DNA from: an uncultured archaeon
GTDB lineage: Archaea; Aenigmatarchaeota; Aenigmatarchaeia; CG10238-14; EX4484-224
Direction of reading: 5' to 3'
Assembly: GCA_964524025.1 (NCBI GenBank)
Contig: CAZGBT010000001.1
Span: 1 to 57,160 of the forward strand
Length of the DNA: 57,160 nucleotides
Shown: positions 9,016 through 17,317 of the stretch, piece after piece
How the letters are laid out: each line of letters starts with the position of its first letter
Position numbering within the stretch: position 1 is the stretch's first letter
Notes under the pieces: generated by a model
The model's input: the letters and a program-made list of their open reading frames with translations, nothing else
The model's database searches: none
Told to the model about the DNA's origin: nothing
Program-made: the position numbers and the translations under genes

Positions 9016-9759
9016 TTACTGTCGTTTAATAGCGGTGGTAGCGTTTTTGCCAAATTCCTTTTTTATTATGTTTATTGCTTTTTCGACAATTAACCTCAGT
9101 ATTTTCTCTCCTTTTTCTTTTTTTGCTAAAGTTGGTTTACCCTTAACACCAGAGATTGTTACACACTCAGGTGGTAAAGGGTAAACGAAATATTTTAGCT
9201 TAGGCGGCATTTCATCAATTATTTTATCTTTCTTTACTAGAGAAGGCGAAATCGAAAGTAGGATTGATATCTCATCTTCACATGCATGAATTAAATCGGA
9301 TTCGATGAATTCTTTGTATTCCTCTTCTAGCAAGTTCCAATATTCAAAAGAAATTACCTTTATTCCATACTCTAAACTTACCTTCTTTGAAATTTCTTCA
9401 ATTAATTTTTTGTTATCCTCATGGGTGTTTACTATGATAAATTTTTTAAAACCTTGCTCCGAAAAAGAAACCAAATAATCTCTTAGAAGCGCACAAAAAG
9501 TTTTTAAGTTTATGCATAATGTTCCAGGGAATTTTTTGAATTCGGGATCGACGTATCCGAAAGTTATAGTAGGTCCTATCAGAATGTTTGCCCTTTCGGC
9601 TATTCTTCTTGATATTTCATCTGCTATGATTATATCAGTTCCTATGGGAGCCATCGGACCATGCTGCTCTATAGCTCCACAAGGAACTATGAGAATATCT
9701 TTCTTCTTTAAATACTCTTTCACATCTTCCCAAGTTAATTCAACTAATCTTAGTTTCAT
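9016..9759 (-). CDS. creatininase-family amidohydrolase (ArfB/creatinine amidohydrolase-like)
   Basis: Signature N-terminal region (ILIVPCGAIEQHGPMAPIGTDIIIA) and later metal-ligand region (HACEDE). Confidence 0.75.
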   Translation of the reverse strand: MKLRLVELTWEDVKEYLKKKDILIVPCGAIEQHGPMAPIGTDIIIADEISRRIAERANILIGPTITFGYVDPEFKKFPGTLCINLKTFCALLRDYLVSFSEQGFKKFIIVNTHEDNKKLIEEISKKVSLEYGIKVISFEYWNLLEEEYKEFIESDLIHACEDEISILLSISPSLVKKDKIIDEMPPKLKYFVYPLPPECVTISGVKGKPTLAKKEKGEKILRLIVEKAINIIKKEFGKNATTAIKRQ

Positions 9760-9760
9760 C

Positions 9761-10915
9761 TTAATTTCTATTTCTATATTTTATTTCGACTAACCTTTCT
9801 ACACCGAGTGCAAAACCTGTGGCTGGCACGTCCTTCTCAATCCCATATCTTCTTAAGAAGTTACCGATTAGACCATCATACCTCCCTCCTCCACCAACTT
9901 CTGGGTATGTTTTTTCGCAACCTATAATGTCAAACTGGACTACGAGTGAGGTATAGTACTCCCATCCTCTTATCATGGCGGGATCGAAAATGCAGCCTAC
10001 GCCACGCTTTTTCAATTCCTGAAGAAATTCTTTTAACATCTCTAGATTAATTCCTACAACTTCCTCTATCATTTTGATTTCACCAATGCCTCCTGTTAGG
10101 GAATAAACGCATCTCCAAGCTTCTTTCATCTTATTAGGCAAATTTTTAATCTTCCGCTCGATTTTTTGTTGGAGGTCTTCTATATTCATTCTCATTACTC
10201 TTAATTTGGATAATTTGTCGAGGTATTCCTTCATCCTACCCCTTTCCTCTAAGGTGTAGTAGCTATTTTTGCACAATGTTTTAAAGATATTAACATCACT
10301 TACCCTAAGAGAGACTTTGCCTGGAAAGAGTTTAGAGAGCAGCGTGTAGCCAAGAAAGAAAACCTCTATGTCAGCATCTAGGCTTGGATTACCAACGTAC
10401 TCTATCCCTATCTGAGTAAATTCTCTTCGCTTTGTTGGACTTAGCTTGCTTATATCCTCGTTTCTAAAGCAAGTGATAATATAGTATACTTTTAAAGGCA
10501 AGAATACCGAAGGACTAACTCCTTTTGCAATTAGTTTGGCGATAAACCTGCAAAGAGATGCTGTACCTTCAGGTCTTAGAACGCATAGATACGACTTAAT
10601 AGGTTTTTCGTATTCAAAGTCTGTAACGCGCACCAGGAAAAAGTCCCTCTTGACTCTTCTGATTGGTTCCTCTGGTCTCACTTCTCTTTCTGTCCATGGT
10701 ACTGTAAGTAAGTCGCTTGAAAGAGCTTCTGTGAATGTTTCAATCCTCTCTAAGGTTGGTGGTATGTATTCCTGGTATTCGTAAGTTTCAAAAAGCTCTC
10801 TTGCTAGTTTTTCTATTTCTCGCTGTATTCTTACTTTTTCTCCTATTCTATCGTCAAATCCTAGAGGCGGTGATAGCTTTGTAAGAAGTATATCTCTCAT
10901 AATCTCACCTGGCAA
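9761..10915 (-). CDS. histidyl-tRNA synthetase-like class II paralog (HisZ-like; no anticodon-binding domain)
   Basis: Class II motif 2-like (CFRNEDISKLSPTKRREFTQIGIEYVG) and HisRS motif 3 (GGGGRYDGLIGNF...PATGFALGVERL). At 384 aa it ends right after the catalytic core. Confidence 0.65.
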   Translation of the reverse strand: MPGEIMRDILLTKLSPPLGFDDRIGEKVRIQREIEKLARELFETYEYQEYIPPTLERIETFTEALSSDLLTVPWTEREVRPEEPIRRVKRDFFLVRVTDFEYEKPIKSYLCVLRPEGTASLCRFIAKLIAKGVSPSVFLPLKVYYIITCFRNEDISKLSPTKRREFTQIGIEYVGNPSLDADIEVFFLGYTLLSKLFPGKVSLRVSDVNIFKTLCKNSYYTLEERGRMKEYLDKLSKLRVMRMNIEDLQQKIERKIKNLPNKMKEAWRCVYSLTGGIGEIKMIEEVVGINLEMLKEFLQELKKRGVGCIFDPAMIRGWEYYTSLVVQFDIIGCEKTYPEVGGGGRYDGLIGNFLRRYGIEKDVPATGFALGVERLVEIKYRNRN

Positions 10916-11208
10916 TTTTTAGCGATTAGCCCCAGCATCCCTTTAGATCCTACTTTGACTAAAGAACTAAAACTAATGAACTAACCCACCCTTAGTTTTT
11001 CCCTTCATAATCCCTAATCATTTTTTTGTGATAAAAGGTAAGTAATTGAAAGTGGGATTTCGAATTTCTTAAGTTAACAAAATTTACTCTTAATTCAGGT
11101 TATTTTCCCACCTTCATCTATTTAAATCTTTCACATAATTTTTCTTTTTGAGAGGATGAAAAAGAGAACGGGTTTTCTAGTTCACCAAAGGAAATTCGGG
11201 TTGTAGAA

Positions 11209-11372
11209 ATGCATACTCAAAAATAGATTCTAAAGGAAGGATTACGATCCCTATTAGTTTTCGAGCGAGATTGAGGTTGTTAGAAGGTACTTTTGTTAAG
11301 CTTGTTCTCAGAGAAGGGGAAATTGTGATTAAACCAATAATAAAAGCTGAATTTAAGAGAAAGGGAAGATAA
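11209..11372 (+). pseudogene. AbrB/SpoVT-type (MazE-like) DNA-binding protein gene interrupted by a 1-nt frameshift in an A5 run
   Basis: The ATG at 11209 gives MHTQK then TAG. The adjacent frame is open from 11181 to the TAA at 11370-11372. It encodes ...KIDSKGRITIPISFRARLRLLEGTFVKLVLREGEIVIKP..., a classic swapped-hairpin AbrB motif, but has no ATG/GTG/TTG start. Adding one A to the run at 11219-11223 fuses both into a 54-aa ORF. Confidence 0.5.
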
Positions 11373-11376
11373 AATT

Positions 11377-12681
11377 ATGAAGTTTGATACTTCTCCAGTA
11401 AAAGGAACTAGAGATTTTTTACCAGAAGAAATGATCTTAAGACAGAAAATAATAGAGAAAATAAAAAACATTTTTGAAATTTTTGGTTTTTCACCCCTTG
11501 AAACTCCTGCTTTAGAAAAATGGGAAATTTTAGCTGCAAAAGGTGCAGGAGGAAGCGAAGTACTTAAAGAAACTTATAGGTTTAAGGATAAAGGCGGAAG
11601 AGATATAGGTTTGAGATACGATCTAACAGTTCCTTTAGCAAGAGTTATAGCTAATAACCCAAATTTACAACTTCCTTTTAAAAGATACCAAATACAAAAG
11701 GTTTGGAGGTACGGAGATGTAAAAAGAGGAAGGCTTAGAGAATTTTTACAATGCGACATAGATATAGTAGGAACAGAAAATTTAGTTGCTGACGCAGAAG
11801 TTATTGCTTGCGCTGTTAAAGTTTTGGAAGAACTAGGATTTAAAAACTTTTTTGTGAGGCTAAATAGCAGAAAGCTTTTAACTGCTTTAGTAATTTATGC
11901 AGGTATTTCTAAAGAAAAAGCGCTGGAAGTTTTCAGAAGTATAGATAAGTTAGATAAAATAGGATTAGATGGCGTAAAAGAGGAATTAAAGGAAAAAGGT
12001 TTTAGCAAACAGCAAATTTCTAAAATAGAAGAATTTTTGAAAATTTCTGGAGAACCTTTTGAAATCCTAAAGCAAGCAGAGAAGCTAGTAGGTGAAATAG
12101 AAGAAGGAAAAAGTGGTATAAAAGAGTTAAGAGAATTAGTTGAATATTTAAAGGAATTTGGAGTATACGATAAAATAAGGCTTGATTTGAGTTTGGCAAG
12201 AGGTTTGGATTATTATACAGGCCCTATTTTCGAAATATGGTGTGAAGAAAGAGGAATAGGAAGTTTAGCCGGCGGCGGTAGGTATGATGAACTAATAGGA
12301 TTGTTTGCTGGAAGGAAAGTACCAGCTACCGGAATAAGCTTGGGAATAGAAAGGATACTAGAAATTCTTAAGGAGAGAACCAAAAAAATTGAAAAAACTA
12401 AAGTTAAAGTTTTTGTCGCAGCAGCTACTGACGATGTGAAAAAAGATGTTTTTAAAATCGTCAAGATGTTGAGGGAAAATGGGATAAAAACAGATTTTGA
12501 CCTAAAAGGAAGGAAACTCAAAAGGCAACTTGAATATGCAGATTCCTTGCAAATTCCGTTTGTTGTTATAGTAGGAAAAGAAGAGTTAAAAGAGGATTGC
12601 GTTAGGTTAAGGGATATGAGAAAAAGGGAAGAAAGGAAAGTTAAAATAAATGAACTAATTCAAACTTTAACAAAATCCTAA
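11377..12681 (+). CDS. hisS: histidyl-tRNA synthetase
   Basis: N-terminal GTRDFLPEEM, motif 2 (RYGDVKRGRLREFLQCDIDIVG), motif 3 (GGGRYDELIGLF...PATGISLGIERI) and a C-terminal anticodon-binding domain. Confidence 0.9.
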   Translation: MKFDTSPVKGTRDFLPEEMILRQKIIEKIKNIFEIFGFSPLETPALEKWEILAAKGAGGSEVLKETYRFKDKGGRDIGLRYDLTVPLARVIANNPNLQLPFKRYQIQKVWRYGDVKRGRLREFLQCDIDIVGTENLVADAEVIACAVKVLEELGFKNFFVRLNSRKLLTALVIYAGISKEKALEVFRSIDKLDKIGLDGVKEELKEKGFSKQQISKIEEFLKISGEPFEILKQAEKLVGEIEEGKSGIKELRELVEYLKEFGVYDKIRLDLSLARGLDYYTGPIFEIWCEERGIGSLAGGGRYDELIGLFAGRKVPATGISLGIERILEILKERTKKIEKTKVKVFVAAATDDVKKDVFKIVKMLRENGIKTDFDLKGRKLKRQLEYADSLQIPFVVIVGKEELKEDCVRLRDMRKREERKVKINELIQTLTKS

Positions 12682-12966
12682 TTTTTCTCTTGCTTTTTTA
12701 CTCAACCTTTCAGGACTCCAAGGAGGATCGAAAGTTATTTCAACTTCAGTTGGTATTTTGAGTTTTTCTTCTACATTTCTTCTAACATCCTCTACTATTA
12801 AGCTAGCCATCGGACAGAAGGGTGAGGTTAAAGTCATTTTTATTCTAATTTTCTTCTCTCCAATGTTAATCTCATAAATTAATCCTAAGTCTACAACGCT
12901 TAAATTGAGTTCTGGGTCTTTAACTTTTTCCAAAATTTTGAGTACTTCTTCTTTGCTAACTTTCAT
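12667..12966 (-). CDS. DUF59/MIP18-family Fe-S assembly protein (SufT-like)
   Basis: Motif (KVKDPELNLSVVDLGLIYEINI...TLTSPFCPMA). Overlaps the upstream SufBD-like gene stop, which suggests an operon. Confidence 0.8.
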   Translation of the reverse strand: MKVSKEEVLKILEKVKDPELNLSVVDLGLIYEINIGEKKIRIKMTLTSPFCPMASLIVEDVRRNVEEKLKIPTEVEITFDPPWSPERLSKKAREKLGFC

Positions 12967-13868
12967 ATTCTCAGAAAACCTCTAACCAGTAAATCTATAG
13001 CCTTTTTCTTACTAAAACCTCTACTTCTCAAGTAATCTAACTGTTCTTCTTCTATTCTTCCTATAGAAGCTTCATGCGTTAACAAGGCATTTTTGCTTAA
13101 GTTTAGCAATTCGGGAATTAAAGATATGGTAGATTTCCTTCCAACAATTAATCCTTTGCAATCGATATGACCTCTTGAATTTTCTTTCCCTATTATTTTG
13201 CTTCTTGCTATTATTCTTGAGTTCTCTCTACCAACAACTCTTATTTTCAAACTTCCTTTTGAATTTTTTTCTAAAAGTTCGATTTCCTCCTTTGTAGAAA
13301 CCTTGCAGTTTTTGCAATCTATAAAAATTTTCAAATCTACTTTTGAGTTTTCTTTTACGATAACCCTTTTATGAAGGTTTAAGTTTAAAGGAGAGGAAAA
13401 GCATTTGTAAGTATAATCTAAATTTGCGTTTTTTGCCAAGATAAACTCATAAAATGGCTTTACTCTATCGGAAAAACCCCATTTATGGAAATGAACGTAT
13501 CTTACTGAAGAGCCTTCTTTAATTATGAATTTTCCCTTTACGTTATGCGTAATTCCGATAGATTTTTTCTTTACTAAGCAATATCCAAAAAAATTTACCT
13601 TTAAGTTCTTTTCTACTATAACTAAGTTCTGCAAATTTTGTTTTAAAGGAGAACAAAGGAATATGCAAGTTGATAAGGGAATGTTAACTTGCTTTTTTGC
13701 CCAAATAAAATAGCCTTCCTTTGGTTTCTTATCATAAAACCTTCTAACCCATTTGAATTTTTCCCAAGCTTCTTTGCTTTTTAAAATCTCAACTCCTTCA
13801 ACTTTTCTAATGCTAACTTCTTTATCAACCTGAAAATAATTTGCATTTCTTACATTTCTCGTAGCCAT
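12963..13868 (-). CDS. SufB/SufD-family Fe-S cluster assembly scaffold protein
   Basis: C-terminal signature (LLTHEASIGRIEEEQLDYLRSRGFSKKKAIDLLVRGF). It lies between SufC and the DUF59 gene. Confidence 0.75.
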   Translation of the reverse strand: MATRNVRNANYFQVDKEVSIRKVEGVEILKSKEAWEKFKWVRRFYDKKPKEGYFIWAKKQVNIPLSTCIFLCSPLKQNLQNLVIVEKNLKVNFFGYCLVKKKSIGITHNVKGKFIIKEGSSVRYVHFHKWGFSDRVKPFYEFILAKNANLDYTYKCFSSPLNLNLHKRVIVKENSKVDLKIFIDCKNCKVSTKEEIELLEKNSKGSLKIRVVGRENSRIIARSKIIGKENSRGHIDCKGLIVGRKSTISLIPELLNLSKNALLTHEASIGRIEEEQLDYLRSRGFSKKKAIDLLVRGFLRI

Positions 13869-14523
13869 ATTTTTTGATAACCATCCAAACTTTCTTCCAA
13901 TTTTTAGAAGAACAAACTATACTTCCGTTTAGCATTACATGAACGTAATCTGGATTTAATAACTTCAGAATTGAGCAATAATGCGTGATTAAAAGAATTG
14001 AATTTTGTTTATTTTTCCAATTTTTGATTAATTTTACTATTAATTTCAATTTTTCAACATCAATTCCAGAGTCTATTTCGTCAAGCATCAGAAATTTCGG
14101 ATTTAAAGCTAAAACTTGTATTAATTCAGAAATCTTTTTTTCACCACCGGAGAATTTAAGGTTTAATTCTCTTTCTAGGATATTGCCTAGAATTCCAAGT
14201 TTTACTTTAAAATTTGGGTTTATTCTTTCTAAAATGTCTTTAAGGGTTATGCCTTTAATAACTGGAGGGTTTTGAAAGGCTAGTGCAATCCCTAGTTTAC
14301 ATCTCTTCTCTGGAGCAAGTTTTCTTAGATCAATATCGTTAAACAAAATTTTTCCCTTTATCCTGTAATTTCCTATCCCCATTATTACTTTAGCAAGAGT
14401 TGTTTTACCACAAGCATTTGGTCCTATTAATGCATGAATTTCTCCTTCCTTTATCTCTAGTCTTATACCCTTTAGTATAATTTTTCCATTTACCTCAACC
14501 TTATCTAACTCTACTTTCAGCAT
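13825..14523 (-). CDS. sufC: Fe-S cluster assembly ATPase SufC
   Basis: Walker A (GPNACGKTT), ABC signature (FSGGEKK), Walker B (LMLDEIDSGID) and the H-loop ITH. The track ORF starts at 14568. I prefer the internal ATG at 14523 (MLKVELDKVEV...), which reduces overlap with the upstream regulator gene. Confidence 0.8.
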   Translation of the reverse strand: MLKVELDKVEVNGKIILKGIRLEIKEGEIHALIGPNACGKTTLAKVIMGIGNYRIKGKILFNDIDLRKLAPEKRCKLGIALAFQNPPVIKGITLKDILERINPNFKVKLGILGNILERELNLKFSGGEKKISELIQVLALNPKFLMLDEIDSGIDVEKLKLIVKLIKNWKNKQNSILLITHYCSILKLLNPDYVHVMLNGSIVCSSKNWKKVWMVIKKYGYEKCKKCKLFSG

Positions 14524-14824
14524 ACTTTCCCAGTTTCTTCCTAATTTTTTCACAAAGCATGCAAACATTTTTTTGGAATTCTTGTTCGGAGAGGTCTGAA
14601 AAGGTTAATCTTATAGAAAATTCCTCTAACTCCTTTTTTGCTATTTCCATTATTTTCTGAACTAGCTTCCCCCTTTTTTTTGCGACGTATTGAGAAACAG
14701 CTGGCTGGGTTATCCTTAATTTTCTTGAAATATCTGTTTGAGTGAAACCTTTTTCGAGCAATCTTTTAGCTACATAAGATCTAATTGCTGGTAATATGTA
14801 TTTGGATACAAACTCACACTTCAT
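14501..14824 (-). CDS. small HTH transcriptional regulator (XRE-like; heads the suf operon)
   Basis: HTH segment (FTQTDISRKLRITQPAVSQYVAKKRG) and a C-terminal CxxC (CMLC). Its start codon abuts the 15-bp palindrome at 14824-14838. Confidence 0.7.
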   Translation of the reverse strand: MKCEFVSKYILPAIRSYVAKRLLEKGFTQTDISRKLRITQPAVSQYVAKKRGKLVQKIMEIAKKELEEFSIRLTFSDLSEQEFQKNVCMLCEKIRKKLGKYAESRVR

Positions 14825-14838
14825 ATAACAGTGTTATA
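14824..14838. promoter_or_regulatory. palindrome TATAACAGTGTTATA (member of the TATAAC-N3-GTTATA family)
   Basis: Perfect 15-bp palindrome read from the sequence. It overlaps the regulator start codon by 1 nt and lies 36 nt upstream of the ATG at 14875. Confidence 0.55.
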
Positions 14839-14874
14839 CAAATTAAAATAAAAATTTAACATTTTTTTAATCAA

Positions 14875-15186
14875 ATGAGTGTAACTTTAAGAAGGAAGAT
14901 TACAGTAGTAATAGAAGCGCTGGGTTACAGCAGAGCAGATGCTCTCTTAAGAGCTCGTAAAAAAGCCGCTACAATGTTCATTGAGTATGTGGAATTGGGT
15001 TATTCAATAACGTACGAAGGGAAGATCAGTGGAATTGAAACCAAAGATGGTAGAGTAATCTTTCCAAATTTGGATGAGTACGAAACCCCGCTTATTATTC
15101 CAGAATTTTTACCTATAGGAAGGCTTACAAGGGATATATATAGGGCGAGATTAAGAGTGAGAGGAACAATAGAGGAAAAAATCTAG
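14875..15186 (+). CDS. hypothetical protein (103 aa)
   Basis: Clean ORF with a promoter-like palindrome 36 nt upstream. No family recognised. Confidence 0.45.
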   Translation: MSVTLRRKITVVIEALGYSRADALLRARKKAATMFIEYVELGYSITYEGKISGIETKDGRVIFPNLDEYETPLIIPEFLPIGRLTRDIYRARLRVRGTIEEKI

Positions 15187-16370
15187 GGTTGAAACCATTC
15201 AATTTCATAATATTGGTATCGGCTTCCAGGTAGCTCTATTTGTCTAGTAAGATAATAAGTGACCCCGCTCTCCCTTTCAGTTACAGCTAATAATAAATTT
15301 AGTCCAACTTCTTCGGCTATTCTTAAAGCAGATGCAAGTTCCGCACCTCCTATAAATTCGTCTTCACTAACAGCTAAAACACAAAAGCTAGGCTTTCCGG
15401 TTTTAGGAGTAACAACCTTTCCGTTTTTCCTATGAAAAGTTATAAAATCAAGCTCAATTTCCTTATAATCTTCTTCCTTCATCCCAGGTATTCCTAAGAT
15501 AAAGGTTTTTCTTACCGAATGTGCGACTCTAATTGCTCTTGCCCATTCAGAAATTAACATCCTTTCATATTTAGGAAAAACGTGCAAAACATGCTTCGAA
15601 TGAATCCATCTATCTTTTCTTACCGGGCTTACTCCAGGAAAGTAAATCCTGAAATGTGAACCAAATTTATAACCAGTTTTTACTATAAAACCTCTTAACC
15701 TCCAATCCTCATAAACTTCGTAAAGTGCTTTAAATAATTCAAAGTTTTTTGTTAATGCAAGCAAAGAATTAAAATCTAAATCTTCTCTTGTTTCTAAATT
15801 AGTTACTTTTAATCCGCAATGCTTAAGCAAAAACAAGGTTTCAAATATATCAAGTTTTAAAGTTTTCCCCCTTTCATGTTTTTTATAAACACCCAACTGC
15901 CCGAACCAAAAATCTGCAAAAAGTTTAAAATACTTTCTACCTTTTTCTATAACAGAAATCATATCGAAAGGAAAGTATCCGGCTTCGGCATCTATTTTAG
16001 GAAATTTCATTTGAGTAGAGGGATATTTAACTTTTTCTAATTTCCCAAACCTAACTTTTTTAAAAAATTTTATGAAAAGGCCCCTATCCTTCCAATCCCT
16101 ATAAGTGTTATATCTTGCAAAAAGTTTTGGTTGTTCTTTTAGGAATTTGGAGGCCAATTCGTTGAAATCTATTACTTTGTTCCCTTCCATACAAATCCAC
16201 TTCCTCATATCCATAAGATAAAGTGCTTCTTCAGGTTTGAGGAATATCTTCCCTTCTTTAAACTCTCCGATAAAAGACTCTTTTAACTTAGGAACTTCGC
16301 TGCCTTCTACTATCAACTCCTTTCCTTTAACTTTTATTATTCGCATAATTTTTATCAAGAAACTAATCAT
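15183..16370 (-). CDS. endA: tRNA-splicing endonuclease, long multi-unit form
   Basis: Catalytic unit (GFIVKTGYKFGSHFRIYFPG...HSKHVLHV...VRKTFILG) with the Tyr/His/Lys triad context. It also has an N-terminal EndA-N-like unit (EEALYLMD...YNTYRDWKDRGLFIK) and about 100 additional C-terminal residues. Confidence 0.8.
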   Translation of the reverse strand: MISFLIKIMRIIKVKGKELIVEGSEVPKLKESFIGEFKEGKIFLKPEEALYLMDMRKWICMEGNKVIDFNELASKFLKEQPKLFARYNTYRDWKDRGLFIKFFKKVRFGKLEKVKYPSTQMKFPKIDAEAGYFPFDMISVIEKGRKYFKLFADFWFGQLGVYKKHERGKTLKLDIFETLFLLKHCGLKVTNLETREDLDFNSLLALTKNFELFKALYEVYEDWRLRGFIVKTGYKFGSHFRIYFPGVSPVRKDRWIHSKHVLHVFPKYERMLISEWARAIRVAHSVRKTFILGIPGMKEEDYKEIELDFITFHRKNGKVVTPKTGKPSFCVLAVSEDEFIGGAELASALRIAEEVGLNLLLAVTERESGVTYYLTRQIELPGSRYQYYEIEWFQP

Positions 16371-16377
16371 TTAAATT

Positions 16378-17148
16378 ATGGTAAGAAGAAGAGGTTTGCC
16401 AGAAATTAACGAGCTTGTTGTCGTTAAAGTTTATAAAGTAACTCAATTTGCTGCTTGGTGTAAATTGGAGGAATATCCAGAATTAGAAGGAATAATACCA
16501 ATCTCAGAAGCTGCAGGAAAATGGATATTCGATGTAAGAGAAGTTGTAAAAGAAGGGAAACAATACGTTGCAAAAGTTATTAGAATTGACGAAAAAGATA
16601 AAATAGTAAAATTAAGCCTAAAAAGAGTTTCGAAAAGGGATGAAAAAGAAAAATTAAATCTATTCAGAAAAGAGTTAAGGGCAGAAAAAATTCTTGAGTT
16701 AATAGCGGAAAGTCTTGGAAAGAGTTTAGACGAAGCTTATGAAAACATAGGTTTTTTGCTCCAAGAAAAGTTTGGAGAAATGTACGATGGTTTAGAAAGG
16801 ATATTTAGAGAACCAAAAATATTGGATAAATTAAAGATAAAAAAGGAATGGAAGGATGCTTTATTAAAAGTTCTTAAGAAAACTTTTAGGGAAAAATGGA
16901 TTGAGCTAAAAGTTAATTTGCAGCTTTACTCTTTAGAAGGAGACGGTATTTGTAGAGTTAAAAAGGTCTTAGAAAGCCTATCTAAAAAAGGTCTTGAAGT
17001 TAAATACATATCACCGCCAAGATACTTGTTAAAACTCAAAACTACAAACCCAAAAAAAGATGAAAAAAAACTATTGCAAATTTTGAAAAAAACTGAAAAA
17101 TTGGCTAAGCAGTTGGGTTGTTATTTTTCTTACAGCAGAGAAGAATGA
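16378..17148 (+). CDS. eif2a: translation initiation factor aIF2 alpha subunit
   Basis: N-terminal S1 domain (LPEINELVVVKVYKVTQFAAWCKLEEYPELEGIIPISE), then helical and alpha-beta domains. Typical length. Confidence 0.85.
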   Translation: MVRRRGLPEINELVVVKVYKVTQFAAWCKLEEYPELEGIIPISEAAGKWIFDVREVVKEGKQYVAKVIRIDEKDKIVKLSLKRVSKRDEKEKLNLFRKELRAEKILELIAESLGKSLDEAYENIGFLLQEKFGEMYDGLERIFREPKILDKLKIKKEWKDALLKVLKKTFREKWIELKVNLQLYSLEGDGICRVKKVLESLSKKGLEVKYISPPRYLLKLKTTNPKKDEKKLLQILKKTEKLAKQLGCYFSYSREE

Positions 17149-17300
17149 AATTGAAAAAATGCCCTAAGTGTAAAATATATACTTTAAAAGATTTTTGTCC
17201 AAAATGCGGAGAAAAAACTATAAACCCACATCCTCCTAAGTATTCTCCGCTAGACAAGTGGGGCAAATATAGGAGGATTTTAAAAGCCTTATTAAGATAA
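17145..17300 (+). CDS. nop10: H/ACA RNP protein Nop10
   Basis: MKLKKCPKCKIYTLKDFCPKCGEKTINPHPPKYSPLDKWGKYRR is a canonical archaeal Nop10 zinc ribbon plus PP(K/R)FSP motif. The ATG at 17145 overlaps the aIF2-alpha stop (ATGA). The track start at 17118 is probably too long. Confidence 0.85.
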   Translation: MKLKKCPKCKIYTLKDFCPKCGEKTINPHPPKYSPLDKWGKYRRILKALLR

Positions 17301-17317
17301 AAAAACAAATTTGGAGT

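Noticed and set aside
16346-16378. endA and the aIF2-alpha gene are head-to-head with only 7 bp (or 31 bp with an alternative endA start) between start codons
   Set aside because: It is striking, but it is most simply explained by mis-assigned start codons or promoters embedded in the neighbouring coding regions of a compact genome. I cannot resolve this from sequence alone.
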